A DNA stretch of 64,000 nucleotides from Rebecca billardiae RCC1528 (Eukaryota; Protista; Haptophyta): contig OZ251246.1 of assembly GCA_965240325.2 (NCBI GenBank), positions 1,264,398 through 1,328,397 of the forward strand, read 5' to 3'. Positions 1 to 12,179 of this stretch are shown here, piece by piece (within the stretch, counting starts at the first letter, position 1; each line of letters starts with the position of its first letter). Made by a program: the position numbers and the translations under genes. The notes under the pieces were generated by a model. The model ran no database searches. It was not told where the DNA came from and saw nothing but the letters and a program-made list of their open reading frames with translations.

Positions 1-2757
1 CGAGCCGGCCGCGCACCGCCGCGCGCGCGGCGCCGAGCCGGCGCGCGCACGAGCGGCGCACGCGGCCGCGCACGCGCGGCCGCACGAGCGGCACGAGCAG
101 GCAGGCCCAGAGCACGCCGGCGAGCACGACGTACGCGGTCCACGCGGGGCGGAGCGCCTGGCACTGCAGCGTGCGCACGAGCAGGTTGCAGCACTCCGCG
201 CCGCCCGTCCCCCGCTCCGACCAGACGCGCAGCACGTGGTTGGCGCGCTGCCGCACCGAGCAGCCAAAGTAGCGCCCGCCCGGCGCGACGTCGTCGCACG
301 CCGCCGCCGCCTCGGCGGAGGCGTTGCGCGCGCGCGCGCACTGCAGCTCGATGAGCTCGAAGAGCTCGTCCACCGACGACGCCTCGAGCGTGAGGCACGT
401 CCCCGCGTGCACGCCCGCCGACTCGTTGCCCAGGCCGCGCGCGGGGATGCGCGCGCAGCGGCGCGCCCAGCCCTTTGCGCGCACGAGGCAGCGCGGGCCG
501 GTCCAGCCCTCGTCGCACGCGCACGTCGCGGTGGCGTTGGGCGCGGTGGGGTCGGCGGCGGGGACGCACGTGCCGTGCGCCCCGCAGCGCAGCACCTCCG
601 CCGCCTCCTCGCCGCCCTCGTCCTCCGCCGCGATCGTCACCTCGTTGCACGTCGCGCCGCCGGCGGTGAGCGGCTTGGTCGGGTCCTCGGCCAGGATGGG
701 CATGTACCGCGAGCGGTGCGCCTCGATGAACGCGCGCGTCGGGCGGGCGGGCGGGTCGCACCCGACGTTGCGCGCGCCCTCGCGCTGGTACACGCGCACG
801 TACTCGACCTCGTACGCCACGGGCAGCATCTCGCACAGCTCGGCGAGCCACTGGCGCGTGTTGACGCCGTCGACGATGCACGTCGTGCACTCGGTGCGCT
901 TGCAGTCGACGCAGCACTCGCACAGCGACTCGTCGCAGTACGGCCAGCCCCAGCGCGGCGACATGTCGAGGTTGAGGATGAGGTACATCGGCTCGGTCGG
1001 CACCTCGCGCGGCAGCAGCGTCCCGTCGTCCAGCCCCTCCGCCGGGTCGAACGTCACGCGCCGCTCGGTGGTGAGCACCGAGGCGGGCACGTGGAACTGC
1101 TGCGCGCCGTCGAGCGTGAAGCGCACAAAGCCGTCGGCCCCGCCCACCACCTCGCACTGGTAGAGGTGCTGCTCCTCGAAGTGGGTGCGGCCGAGGCCCG
1201 TGATCGCCGAGAACGCGTCGGTGTGCAGCCGCTTGCCCTGCGGGCAGTCCGAGTGCCCGTACCCCTCCTCGAGGCAGTAGTCGTCGCCCTGGGCGAGCGC
1301 GCGGCGCGCGGCGCGCGCGGAGCGGGCGGGCGGCCGCCGCGCGCGCGCGCGGGAGGGAGGGGGCGTGGGCGCGGCGTGGGCGGGCGAGCAGCGCGCGCGG
1401 CGCGCCGGGTGGCGCCCGCCCGCGCCCGCCGCCCCGCGTGCGCGCGCTCCGCGCGCGCGCGCTGGCGCCGCGCGTGCGTGCACCCAGAACTCGTAGTTGA
1501 TGCTCACGTTGTACGCGGTGCCGTAGATCGGGCCGTACGCCTCAGCGCTCGGGTACAGCTCGGGGTAGTACTCGAGCTCGGAGCGGCCGTCCGGGCCGGT
1601 GACGTTGCGCGGCAGGCAGCCCAGCCGCGGCCGCTCCTTCGCGTTGTGCGGCTGCCCCGGCCCCGCCTGCACGCTCGTCGCCACCATCGGCAGCGCGACG
1701 TCGATGCGGCGCAGCACGCCCTCGTCCACGCTGTCGCACGCGCCGCTGTCCAGCTTGTTCGCGCCGTAGTCGTAGCGGAAGGAGCCGGGCATCACCTCGA
1801 CGATATCGATCTCGGGCGCGCCGCGCCCCGTCCCGTTGTTGCACGCGTCCAGCTCCTGCAGCCCGTACTGGTTCGCGTCGTGGTCGGGCTGCGCGGGGCA
1901 CTGGTCGTAGTTGAACGGCCAGATGTGGTCGGTCGAGAGCTTGAACGTCGCGCGGCCGAGGTTGCCCATCATCCAGAAGGCGGGCCACAGGCCGGACTGG
2001 TCGTGCCGGCCGGGCATCTTCGCCGAGAGCTCGACGTAGCCCTCGGTGAAGCAGAACTTGTTCTGCGCGCGCGCGCGCGCGCGCAAAGAGCCCGCCCTCA
2101 GCGCGCAGCCCTCGGCCCTCGGCCCTCGGCCCTCAGCCCTCAGCCCTCAGCCCTCAGCCCTCAGCCCTCGGCCCTCGGCCCTCGGCCCTCAGCCGTCCGC
2201 CGTCCGCCGAGCCGAGGTGCGCAGGGGGGCGCGCGCGGCGCGGCGCGGCGCGGCGCGGCCCGGCGCGGCGGGGCGTGCGCGGCGTGCGCGGCGTGCGCAA
2301 CGGCTGCGCGCACGCGCCGTGCGCGTACCCACGTCTGCAGCATCGGCGTCTGGTAGTGGCGCATGACGTCGCGGTCGTGCTCCCAGTGCCAGTCCTGCTC
2401 AGACGCGCTCAGCAGCAGCTTGCCGCCCTTCGTGGTGGCGAGCGACGAGTTGTACGCGTTGTACTGGTAGTTGGAGTACACGGGCGACTCGAGCCCCGTC
2501 CAGATCGGGTCGTCGCCGTCGAAGAAGGTGCGGCCCTCCTGCTCGAACTCGTCGGACATCACGAGCTCGTACCGCACGCCGTTGATCACCTTGGTGCGCG
2601 CAGAGTCGGGCGTGTCCTCGTCGATCCACTCCTCGGGGTCGGCGTCGGGCGCGGCGTCGGCGCGGGCCGCCGGCGCCGCCGCGAGCGCGAGCAGCGCGCC
2701 CAGCGCGAGCGCCGCGCGCCGCACGCGGGCGCGGCGTTGGAGCCGCCCCGTCGGCAT
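1..2757 (-). CDS. KRE6/SKN1-like GH16 beta-glucan synthesis-associated protein with C-terminal EGF-like Cys-rich region and TM helix; exons 2757-2329, 2062-1484, 1288-<1 (3' end outside window)
   Basis: Signal-like N-terminus. Motifs YELVMSDEFEQEGRTFFDGDDPIWT, spliced MLQTW|NKFCFTEGYVE, GLWPAFWMMGNLGRA, RGAPEIDIVE (GH16 catalytic ExDxxE), PTEPMYLILN, EYVRVYQ. GT-AG introns restore one frame. CACDEGWTGPRC EGF-like motif and a hydrophobic segment near 70-140. Confidence 0.9.
1289..1483 (-). other. Intron 2 of KRE6-like gene (195 bp)
   Basis: TGG|gtgcac...gcccag|GGC; GC-rich low-complexity interior; frame maintained. Confidence 0.8.
2063..2328 (-). other. Intron 1 of KRE6-like gene (266 bp)
   Basis: TGG|gtacgc...gcgcag|AAC joins W to NKFCFT, the conserved KRE6 motif. 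Confidence 0.88.
2094..2193. repeat. Intronic heptamer microsatellite (CCCTCRG)n
   Basis: About 13 copies of ccctcag/ccctcgg. Confidence 0.9.
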
Positions 2758-2984
2758 GGGTGAGTGAGGCCGCCACATCCACTTTATTATTTCTTTGCCA
2801 CATCCGCCTCGTGAGCCCCCGCCCGCGCGGCCGCCCTCACGGCCTATCATAAACCGTACTACTGTCAGTACTTTATGCCGTACGCCTCGAAAAGGTGCGG
2901 CACGGCTGACAACAGCTGCTCGTTGAGATGCGATCTCGATAGATGAATGATGAGCCTAGAGATATTTGTTTTCTCAATCGACTA

Positions 2985-3578
2985 CAGGTGGATACGGGTG
3001 ATCTGGACAGTGGCCGACCCAACTCACGCAGAGGCCTCCCTGGGAGCATTGGGGTCGAAGGGGCGCCAGGGACGGACTTCAGGGGGTCCCTGGAGTTCCG
3101 CCGCAGCGCGCTTTCTGCGCTGCGGGCCCGTCTCCGCGCGTGGCGGCCGCAATGGCACTGTCCAATTAGCCCCTGGCACTGGCTGAGGCATGGGAATCGA
3201 GCTCAGAGACGCGCGCGCGGAGGAAAAGCGTGTGCAGCGGCTCGGACGGTTGCTCTGGGACCTACCCACGCCAGCGCAACCGCGCCTTGCCTCGGAGTCC
3301 GCCCTTCCTGAGTCCGCGCACGCGCCTTGCGGCTTGAAACGCTGGCGTTCGCCCTTGTGCGCGGGACTCACGAAACAAGGCGAAGGCGGCGAGAAGCGCG
3401 ACCTGGCGCGTGCGCAGACGACGTCTCACGACCAGGTGAGTTCAGCGAACATCGTGCGCCGTCGTGGCGACCCGCCAGTGGGCGCTCGTGCTCGTTCGCC
3501 CACGAGCCCTCGCCACGAGGCCCGCCGCCCGCTGAGTGTCCAGATAGCCCCTGTGTCCAGTTAGCCCGTATCCACCTG
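2985..3578. mobile_element. MITE / non-autonomous Tc1-mariner-type DNA transposon (594 bp)
   Basis: TA|CAGGTGGATACGGGtgatCTGGACA ... TGTCCAGttagCCCGTATCCACCTG|TA: 25-bp TIR with 14 perfect terminal bp and 3 mismatches, TA target duplication, no transposase. Confidence 0.85.
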
Positions 3579-3760
3579 TATCTTCGACTCTGTGAGTCTT
3601 GGAAAGGTGTTTATGATAAAGCTAGGGATAATCAACCTGCATCAAACGTCAATAGACGATCTGTATTACAATAGCGGTAGTCATCCTCGATTTACGAGCG
3701 GCAACCGCCACCGCCGCCAGCCCGTGAATCGTCCAAAACGGGCCGCGCGGAGGCCAGGAG

Positions 3761-5090
3761 CTTGTCAGACAAACCCACGGGGGACGGCCCCGCGCGCGCA
3801 CGGCGCGATGGCGGCCTCACGCGGCGCGCTCGGACGCGCACCCACGGCCGCTGCGGGTGCGCGCGCGAGGTCGGCGCGGCTCAAGACACCTATGGGGCTC
3901 AATCGCGCGCGCTCCCGCCCGCCCTCGCCGCCCTCGCCGCGCGCAGGGCCCGGCTACTTTCCGCGCGACGCGTCCACGAGGCGGCCCGCCGCGCGAGAGC
4001 GCGCGCGCGCGTGTGCCAGAGGCCCAATTAAGATGAGCCACGGCCTCTGCCCGATGGGCCTAGGTGTTGGCGCGTCGGCGAGCCCCCGCGCGCGACGATC
4101 GTCGCGCATACTCAGCGGAGATGAGCGGTTTTGTTGCTTGTTGAGCATATTGTTCGAACAGCTCAAATGCACATGTAAATCATGTTACCGCATGGCACGT
4201 TCTCGGGCACCTGCTGCGTAGACAGTGCGCTCGACATGTGAGCGATCATCTGCAGGCTCGTGCACATCCCCGCTGATGGCGTGGTGTGGTCTGATGTGGA
4301 GCAGGAAGGTGTCCACTGCTGCACGAAGATGGCCCGGTCAGGCTGTCGGGAGTCGGCCCGCATCGGCTCCGCCGGCTGGGCGCGGTAGTCACAGAGAGGT
4401 CGAGACACAGTGAGCGACGAAGCAGACCGCAAGGTATCAGGAGACGCAACGGACGTGCTAGTTCAGAAGTTGATCGAAGCTCCGGATGCGGACACATCCC
4501 CGAACTGTGCGACGCGGCGTGCCGGCGGCGCCGACCGACACGCCAGGGCTGTATTGACTGAACCGGTTGCTGGCTGTCACGCGCGTGCGTGCGGCCTGAC
4601 CGACACCAGCATGGCTCAAGGCGCAGTAGTGATGTTCATCACTCTCAGGCTCACGCAGAGAAGCGAAAAACGACCGTTGAATACCTCCACGCCGGCCCCG
4701 GTCATTGCTTGTCGGCCAGGCCGCACTGGCTGAGGAGCCGCGCGTCCCAGTCAGCAGGTCTCTGCGCGCGAATCGGGCGGCGAGGGCGTGGGACAAGGCG
4801 GCGCGATTGCTGTCATCGGGTTTTCTCGCCACCACGAGGCGCCCGCGCACGGCTGTCAAGCTCGTATGCGGCCCTGGGCGCGTGGCGCAGGCGGGCCCTC
4901 GCGTCGCCAAGGGCGTCGCCCGGTGAACACCATCCCGCCGTTAGGGCTGGCGTCGGCGTCCGCGCACGCGCGACGCCTATTTGCTGCGCACCGGACGGCC
5001 GGCTCCCCGTGGGGAGCCGGCCGTCCGGTTGGTGATCTGCGCTTTCCGGACATTCCGCCGCCAGGCGCCAGCGTGGGTTTATCTGACAAG
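3761..5090. mobile_element. Non-autonomous DNA transposon (1330 bp) with 7-bp TSD
   Basis: CCAGGAG|CTTGTCAGACAAACCCACG ... CGTGGGTTTATCTGACAAG|CCAGGAG: 19-bp TIR (1 mismatch) with direct repeat CCAGGAG at 3754-3760 and 5091-5097. Confidence 0.85.
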
Positions 5091-5149
5091 CCAGGAGGCA
5101 CCGCGCCACATTTGGGCCCCCGCTTTACGAGCTCAAGCGTGCAGTGGCG

Positions 5150-5385
5150 ATGCGCGTCGCATTGTCAGCCGCACGCATCATGGCAGTTCTGCCGCGGCTG
5201 GGCGAGGCCGGCGCCGATGGCGGCGCGCGCGCGCCGGGCGCTCGGCGGCGCGCGGCGCGCGCCCGCCGCCGCCTTCCGCGCGCGCCCGCCGCCTCCGCCG
5301 CCGCGGCGTGCCGCGCGCTGCTGCTCGCCGCGCCCGCGCGCGCGGAGGGCGCAGAGGGCGGGCGCACGGACGAGCTCGCCTTTCA

Positions 5386-5417
<32 letters not shown>

Positions 5418-8233
5418 GCTGCTGGGCGGCGATCGCGTGGCCGCGCTTCGCGAAGCGGCGCGCCGACCAGGAGAAGCTCCTCGCCCCCTCGCGCGCGCGC
5501 TCGAACGGCGCGCTGATCGCGCCGTCTCGCGGCGCGCGCGCGGCGGCGGGCCCCGCGCTCGCTCAGCCGCCCGGCACGCCGCGCGTGTACCAGGGGCTGG
5601 GCGGCGGCGACCTGCTGCGCTCGCGGCGCTCGCGGCTGGAGGAGTCGGGCATCCGCGCCGCCGCCGCGCGGCGCGCCGCCGCGGAGGCCGCCGCCGCCGC
5701 CGCCGCCGCCGATGCCGACGCGGCGGCGGCGCAGGCGGAGGCGCTGCGCGGCGCCTCGGCCGAGCTGGCCGCGCTGCGCGACGCGAACGAGGCGATGCCC
5801 ACCTCGCCGCTGGCGCAGCGGAGCGAGGTGGCGGCGCTCGAGGCGGAGCTGGAGCGCGTCAAGCGCGCCGTCCGCGCCGAGCGCGAGGAGCACGAGCGCG
5901 AGGTCGGCGCGCTGGGCTTGGCGATGCGTCGGCTCGAGGGCGCGCACGACGAGGCGCGGCGGCAGCAGCTGGCGCAGCTGCACGCGGCCGAGGCGGCCGC
6001 GGCGGCGAGGCCGGCGGCGGCGGCGGCGGCGGCGGCGCCGGTGATCGCGGGCGCGGACCCGGAGGAGCTCGACGCGCTCGCCGCCGAGCTGAACAGCGTG
6101 CGCGCGCGCATGGAGGCCGACCGGCAGGCCTCCGCCGCCGAGCGCGCGCGCTCTGCGGCCGAGCTCGAGCGCGTGCGCGCGCACGTGGCCGAGGCGCTGG
6201 CCGCCGCGCGCGCCGCCTCGCGCAAGCCGCCGGTGGAGGTGGCGGCGACGAACACGGAGCCGGAGACGCACGCGGTGGGCACGAGCACCGACTCGCCCCG
6301 CGCCACCTCGCCGCTCCCCTCGCCCGACCCGGCCGCGCAGCACCCGCTCGAGGCGGCGCGCGCGCGGCTCGCGTCCGCGTCCGCGTCTCACTCGAGCTCG
6401 TCGGACGCGCTGCGCACGCGCGTCCGGGGGCTCGAGGCGAAGCTCGCGGAGCTCGAGGGGCGGATGGGCGCGGCGGGCGCGGGGGCGGCGCCGGCGGCCG
6501 CGCCCGCGCCCGCGCCCGCGCGCTCGCCCACGCCGTGGCGCCCGCCCGCGCCGACGTTCGTGCCGCCGCCGCCGCCGCCGCCGCCGCTCAAGCTGCAGCC
6601 GCCGCCCGCCTCGCCCGCCGCACCGCGCGCCGCCGCGCCCGCCGCCGCCGCGCCCGGCGGCTACGCGCGGCCGTTCGGCACGCCGCCGCCGATCCTCGTG
6701 CCGCCCTCGACGCAGCTCGAGCCCCTGCCCACCGGCCCGCGGCGCGAGCCCTCGCCGCGCCGCCCGCACCGCCCCTCCGCGGGCGTGCGCTTTGCGCCCG
6801 CCGCCGAGCCGGCGCAGCGCGAGGGCGCGCGCTCGGAGCGCGCGCTCAGCGAGAGGCAGCGCGCCGCCAGCCGCGAGCTGGCGTACCACGCGGTGGACGA
6901 GCCCGCGCCGGGCGCGCCGCTGCGCAACGAGATCGCGCCGAAGGTGGTGGTGGGCAAGGCGTACGAGATGCGCCTCGGCCCCGGCGCCAAGGGCCGCGCG
7001 GGGCTCGAGGAGTCGCTCGAGCTCGCCAAGGACTCGGGCGAGGCGGGCGGCGAGCGGCCGGAGTGGGTGCCGCTGTTTGTCTCGATGAAGCCGCCGCCGG
7101 AGGGGGGGTACTCGCCGGGGGTGACGGGCTCGGCGGCGGCGCTCAAGCAGCCGGACGGCGGCTGGCGGCTGCGCTACCGCATGGACGAGCCGGCAAAGCC
7201 GTACGACGCGCGCAGCTACGGCCCGCGCGAGGTGGCGCTCGAGTCGCTCGACGGCGTGCCGCTCAGCTCGCGCGCCACGAGCGTCGAGCCCGCGCGCAGG
7301 CTGCTGCCCGCGCGCCGCGTCGAGCTGTACGACGCGGTGAACGGCGAGCCGATCACGGGCGCGACCGCGTCGGTGGTGGACGCGTCGGGCGAGCAGCGGC
7401 TCGTCACCGCGCCGCCGCGGCGCGGCTCGGAGGGCCTCTCGCTCGACCTGAGCCTGCTGCCGGACGGCGAGACGGCGGTGGAGGTGCACGCGGACGGGTA
7501 CGAGGGGGCGCCCCTGCGCTACCTCAAGCTGGGCGAGCGCACGCGCGAGGACGAGGTGGAGAGGGTGTTCCTCTCGAGGCGGGGCACGATGCGCCCGACG
7601 CAGGTGCGCGTCGTGCTCGCGTGGCGCGCCCACCCCGCCGACCTCGACCTGCACGTCGTCTCCTCCAAGGGCGGGCACGTGTACTGGTCGCACAAGGAGC
7701 ACGCGGAGATGCACTTTGACATCGACGCGCGCAAGGGGTACGGCCCCGAGACGGTCACGCTCGAGCCCAAGCCGGGGATGGCGTACCGCGTGTTCGTGCA
7801 CAACTACACCGCGGTGAACGACCACCCGAACGAGCACGTCGTCGCCGACGACCTCGCGCGCTCGGGCGGCATCGTGACGCTCTTTGACGGGCGCGGCCGG
7901 CCGCCCCTGCGCTGGGCCGCGCCCGACCGGCCGCTCTCCAACCACCTGTACTGGGACGTCTTCACGATCGCGTGCGACAGGGAGGGGCGGATCGGGATCG
8001 TCTCCGAGCCGAACGCGCTGCTCGCCAAGCGGCCGGACAAGCCCGCCTCGGCGAACATGCGCAAGATGCGCAAGTCGCTGCTCTCCGCGCTCGCCACGAG
8101 CGGCGCGTCGCCCGAGGTGGGCGCGCGCTGCGCCGGGCGCGGCGGCGGCTCGTTTGAGGAGGGGCAGGGCGCGTACGCGCAGCCCACGTACGGCGCGCCG
8201 CAGCCCAGCCGCCTGCGCTACCAGCAGCGGTAG
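5150..8233 (+). CDS. Membrane-anchored coiled-coil / Pro-rich protein with C-terminal YfaP (DUF2135)-like beta domain
   Basis: Long ORF with high GC3, poly-Leu TM segment, E/A/R-rich heptads, and C-terminal VRVVLAW...DLDLHV...VYW...DID.RKGYGPETVTL...YRVFVHNY. Start uncertain (ATG 5150 or 5180). Confidence 0.75.
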
Positions 8234-8407
8234 GCGGCAGGGGCACGCGGCGGCGGCGGCATCCGCCGTCAGAAGGAGTATGTACCGGACGCGACGTGAC
8301 GTAGCCGTCCCGGTCGTCCGCGCCCGCTCGCGCCCTTTGGCTTTAGAGTTTAGTGATGGCTCAGTTCTTGACAATACGCGTATGTCGTATACGACTAATC
8401 TCGCGCC

Positions 8408-8603
8408 TGCCTGAGCTGTGTGCGTCTCTGCTTATTATTCTTAGTAAACTGTACGCATGCAAAAGTGCAATACAGCAATGTTGCTGACAAGGACGGCGGC
8501 GGTGAATGAAATGGCGGGTTGGTCTCCCGCGGCCTGCGCCGCGCACTGGCAAGGGTACAGTTTACTAAGAATACGAGACGCACAGTCGCACACAGCTCAG
8601 GCA
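8408..8603. mobile_element. Small foldback / MITE-like element
   Basis: Nested inverted repeats: TGCCTGAGCTGTGTGCG (8408-8424 vs 8587-8603) and TATTCTTAGTAAACTGTAC (8436-8454 vs 8555-8573). No TSD seen. Confidence 0.6.
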
Positions 8604-8666
8604 ACAGTACCGTATACCATACCGCGAACAATAACTATACGACAGTATCGCGTGTGAGCATGCACA

Positions 8667-10112
8667 ATGGCGGCGGCGGCGGCCATGCGGGCTGCGCTCG
8701 CCGTCCTCGCGGCGCTCCTGGCGCTGCTGCCCCACGCGGCCGCGCGGTCGCGCGCGCCGGCGGGCGAGCACATCGAGCTCCCGGCCGAGTGCGACTACCT
8801 CCGCTCGCCGGGGATCCTCAGCCCGCCGCACGTGCTCGCGGCCGCGCGCGCGCGCGCGGCCGCGAGCCCGATGCGAGGCGGCGTGCTCTCCGCGCCCGTG
8901 CGCTACTTCATCGCGATGCGCGACATCCACGTGGGCTCGAGCTGGCTGAGCGGACTGCTGCGCACCCACCCGGGCGTGCTCACCGCCTCCCGCGAGTGGT
9001 TCAAGCTGTACCGCTGCTGCCTCGGCACGCCGCTCGGCGAGGGCGCGCCGCGCCCGTTCCGCAACAAGTTCCTGCACCGCTTCGGGCTGGACGGGGGCTG
9101 CCCGCCGAGGGCCGAGCTGCACGCGCTGTGGGCCCGCGCGCTGCGCCAGTGGTACGAGCTCCACGAGGGGGGCGCGGAGGAGGTCGCGCGCGAGTACGCG
9201 CCCGCGCTCGCCGCCCAGCTGGGGCAGGGCGCACTGACCGCGCGGCGGCGCGCGCTGAGCGCGGACGCGGCCATCCGGCTGCGCGAGCCGCCCTCGAACC
9301 CCACGGCGCTCGGCTTCAAGAACCAGCTGCCCGTGGACTTCCTCGACGACGCCGGGCCGGACGAGCCGCTCGGCGCGGGCGGGCGGTGCCGCGGGCTGCG
9401 CGCCGCTGAGCGGCTCTCGCACGAGGCCGCCTTTTGGCGCGCGCTGGCGCGGCTGGGCGTGCGCGTGATCTGCCTGCACCGCGCCAACGCGGTCGCGCGG
9501 CTCATCTCCAACGCGGTGAACACCGAGGCGAAGCGCGCCGACCCGCGCTTCGTCGTCAACATGACGGAGGCACGCGTGGCGCACGAGGTGTCGCGCGAGT
9601 CGCGCTTCAGGCGCGTGTGCGAGCGCGCGTCCTCGGTGGTGCCCGTGTTCTGGGTGGGGTACGAGGACCTCTACCTGGGGGACACGGACGGCCTCGTCGC
9701 GCAGATACACGCCTTCCTCGACCTGCGGCCGAGCAGGGTGCGCTCGACCCGGACGAAGCGCAACGCGAAGGAGCTGGCGCCGCGCGTCGCCAACGCCGCC
9801 AGCCTGCGCGCGCGCGGCGGGCTGACGGCGCGCATGCTCAACTCGACGTTCGGCACGGCACAGGGCGCACGCTGCGCGTCCGGCACGCCGCCGAGCGGCC
9901 ACGGCGCGCCGACCGAAGCCGCCGCCGCCGCGCCGGCACGGGACGACGGCGGTGCGCCGGCTCGGCGGCGCGGTGGCGCTCGGCGGGCACGCCGCCGCCG
10001 CCGCCGGCGGCAGCGTCGACTGCTCGCCGCAGCAGCAGCAGTGCTCAGGGCAGATGCCGCCCGTGGCCGTGAGCCGCAGGCCGCGGCAAGCTCGGACGAC
10101 GCGATGGATTGA
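8667..10112 (+). CDS. Secreted/Golgi sulfotransferase-like protein (Stf0/P-loop sulfotransferase fold)
   Basis: Signal peptide; 5'-PSB-like HVGSSWLSGLLRTHPGV...REWF; GFKNQ; 3'-PB-like VICLHRANAVARLIS; VGYEDL. The C-terminal ~80 aa are low complexity. Confidence 0.7.
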   Translation: MAAAAAMRAALAVLAALLALLPHAAARSRAPAGEHIELPAECDYLRSPGILSPPHVLAAARARAAASPMRGGVLSAPVRYFIAMRDIHVGSSWLSGLLRTHPGVLTASREWFKLYRCCLGTPLGEGAPRPFRNKFLHRFGLDGGCPPRAELHALWARALRQWYELHEGGAEEVAREYAPALAAQLGQGALTARRRALSADAAIRLREPPSNPTALGFKNQLPVDFLDDAGPDEPLGAGGRCRGLRAAERLSHEAAFWRALARLGVRVICLHRANAVARLISNAVNTEAKRADPRFVVNMTEARVAHEVSRESRFRRVCERASSVVPVFWVGYEDLYLGDTDGLVAQIHAFLDLRPSRVRSTRTKRNAKELAPRVANAASLRARGGLTARMLNSTFGTAQGARCASGTPPSGHGAPTEAAAAAPARDDGGAPARRRGGARRARRRRRRRQRRLLAAAAAVLRADAARGREPQAAASSDDAMD

Positions 10113-10791
10113 TTATATATACATATATGTATCATATACGCGCGCACCGCCCGATTATTACTACGCGACCTGCCAGACTCGCGCGGCGGCGGGGTCGTCG
10201 TCCTGCGCTGCGCCGGCAGTAATCCAGTGACGAGTACGACGTATATAGTGCCGCGCCATCCGAGCCGATCGGATGCGGTCGTGCTGCGCTATAGCTATAT
10301 CAAGACGCGCATTTATTGTTGGCGTCCGGGCCGCGCGGCGGTTCCGCCGCGTGATGTGCCGAGTCGTCGTTGCCCACCCTACGGTTGCATGATGTGATGA
10401 TTATCGACGATGCTGACAACGCGCTATAGCGCTATATAATATATAAGATGACGACGACGATGTAATCTGTATGGCACTGGCCGGCGCGGACGGTAGAGGT
10501 TGAGGAGTTGTGCCAAATACAGCATTCACAATTGGCCCGATAGCAGGTGTTCTACTATGTACACTTATTAGACGGGTAATCCTGTCTCTCACGCCACGCT
10601 GCTGCAACTAAGTGCAACCCGAGCAGGTTACTGTGCTGGAAAAACATCACAACCGAATTAAATATGGTGTATTTTTCAGAGCATATTACAATGTTTAAAT
10701 ACCACATTGCGTAGTGTTATTTTTTTTTTACAAATACCATGTATTATTCGCGTAGTTGTTTTGATTTTGTACATGGGTACATTAAAACTGC

Positions 10792-10792
<1 letters not shown>

Positions 10793-10850
<58 letters not shown>
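10793..10850. repeat. (TAT)n microsatellite
   Basis: About 19 perfect TAT units. Confidence 0.95.
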
Positions 10851-11490
10851 ATAAATACCGTCATTTATTATTCGCGTCAGAAAAGTACTCCCTGAGGCGC
10901 AATAGAACTCACTTACTGTATAGTGTATCCCAGAGACAAGCGTGTACATTTCCGTCTTGGATTCCATTAGATTCGCATCATCATCATTACATAAAAACAT
11001 TTTCCTGCCCATCTGATCCGGCCTGCGCGCTTTATCCGGGTCGCCCGATCAAATCTTCCCATCAACTCCCAAGTTACGTGGTCGAGAGGTTTTCAGGTTA
11101 CATACTACCTTTTTACGCGGCAGGATGGCGGCGCCGCGCACCTCGCCGCCCCGCAAGTGCGCGCGCCAGGGCCGCTACAGCATGGGCAATTCAATCACTG
11201 ACGGCTGACAGCGTGGCTTAGGAGTAGCTATAGACATCAGTTCACCTCACGGTGAATGCCTGGGCCGCGCTGGCGGCGACCTCGTCGTCGATAAGTGCCC
11301 CTCAAGTAAGCATCTTCCAGTCACTTGGCCGCGTTGTACTCGATGGCTCCCGCGCAATCATATGCGGAGAGAATCGCTTGTCTCGAGCATGCGCCGGCCT
11401 TTGCGGGTCGGAGCAAACTGCACCGACGTGCTCGGCGCGCGCTGATCGAAGACGAGGTGCTACGACGTACGAGGCTCAGGCAATCGCACG

Positions 11491-12075
11491 CGCACATGCA
11501 GCGCAGAGCTGTTCCAGACCTCGAAGCCGAGAATTTGTTTGCTACGACGCTGAACAGTTCGCCCCTGCACTGCTTGGTGCTACCGCTCCTCGGTGCTACC
11601 GCTCCTCGGTGCTACCGCCCCAGGAGTGATTTAGAAATGAGCGGGGGTGTGTGGGGGGGCGCAGCCCCCCCACAATGAGTCGACGGTTTGACCACTCCGC
11701 CAGCGCACATGCAGCGCAGAGTTGTTCATCCAGACCTCGACGCCGAGATATTGTTTGCTACGGCGCTGAACAGTTCGCCCCTGCACTGCTTGGTGCTACC
11801 GCTCCTCGGTGCTACCGCTCCTCGGTGCTACCGCCCCAGGAGTGATTTAGAAATGAGCGGGGGGGTGTGGGGGGGCGCAGCCCCCCCACTCACTCAATGA
11901 GTCGACGGTTTGCCACTAGGTACCACCGCCAGCGCACATGCAGCGCAGATCGCGAGTCGTTGTTCATCCAGACCTCGAAGCCGAGATATTGTTTGCTACG
12001 GCGCTGAACAGTTCGCCCCTGCACTGCTTGGTGCTACCGCTCCTCGGTGCTATCGCTCCTCGGTGCTACCGCCCC
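11491..12075. repeat. Tandem repeat, ~213-229-bp unit x ~2.7, with internal 16-bp (GGTGCTACCGCTCCTC)x3 and a GGGGGCGCAGCCCCC hairpin
   Basis: Units start at cgcacatgcagcgcaga (11491, 11704, 11933). Confidence 0.9.
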
Positions 12076-12179
12076 GCCCATCACTCATGCGGTGCCATTT
12101 AATTTATTATTAGAAAGTTCTGAGTGAGCGGGTGCCCGCACTGGCTGACGTGCGGGCCCGGGCGGTGTAAAGTAGTAGC

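Noticed and set aside
10676-11221. Poly-Ile/Tyr/Asn ORFs; likewise the VR-repeat ORFs at 56846-57397 and 61320-61631
   Set aside because: Translations of microsatellite, minisatellite and telomere repeats.
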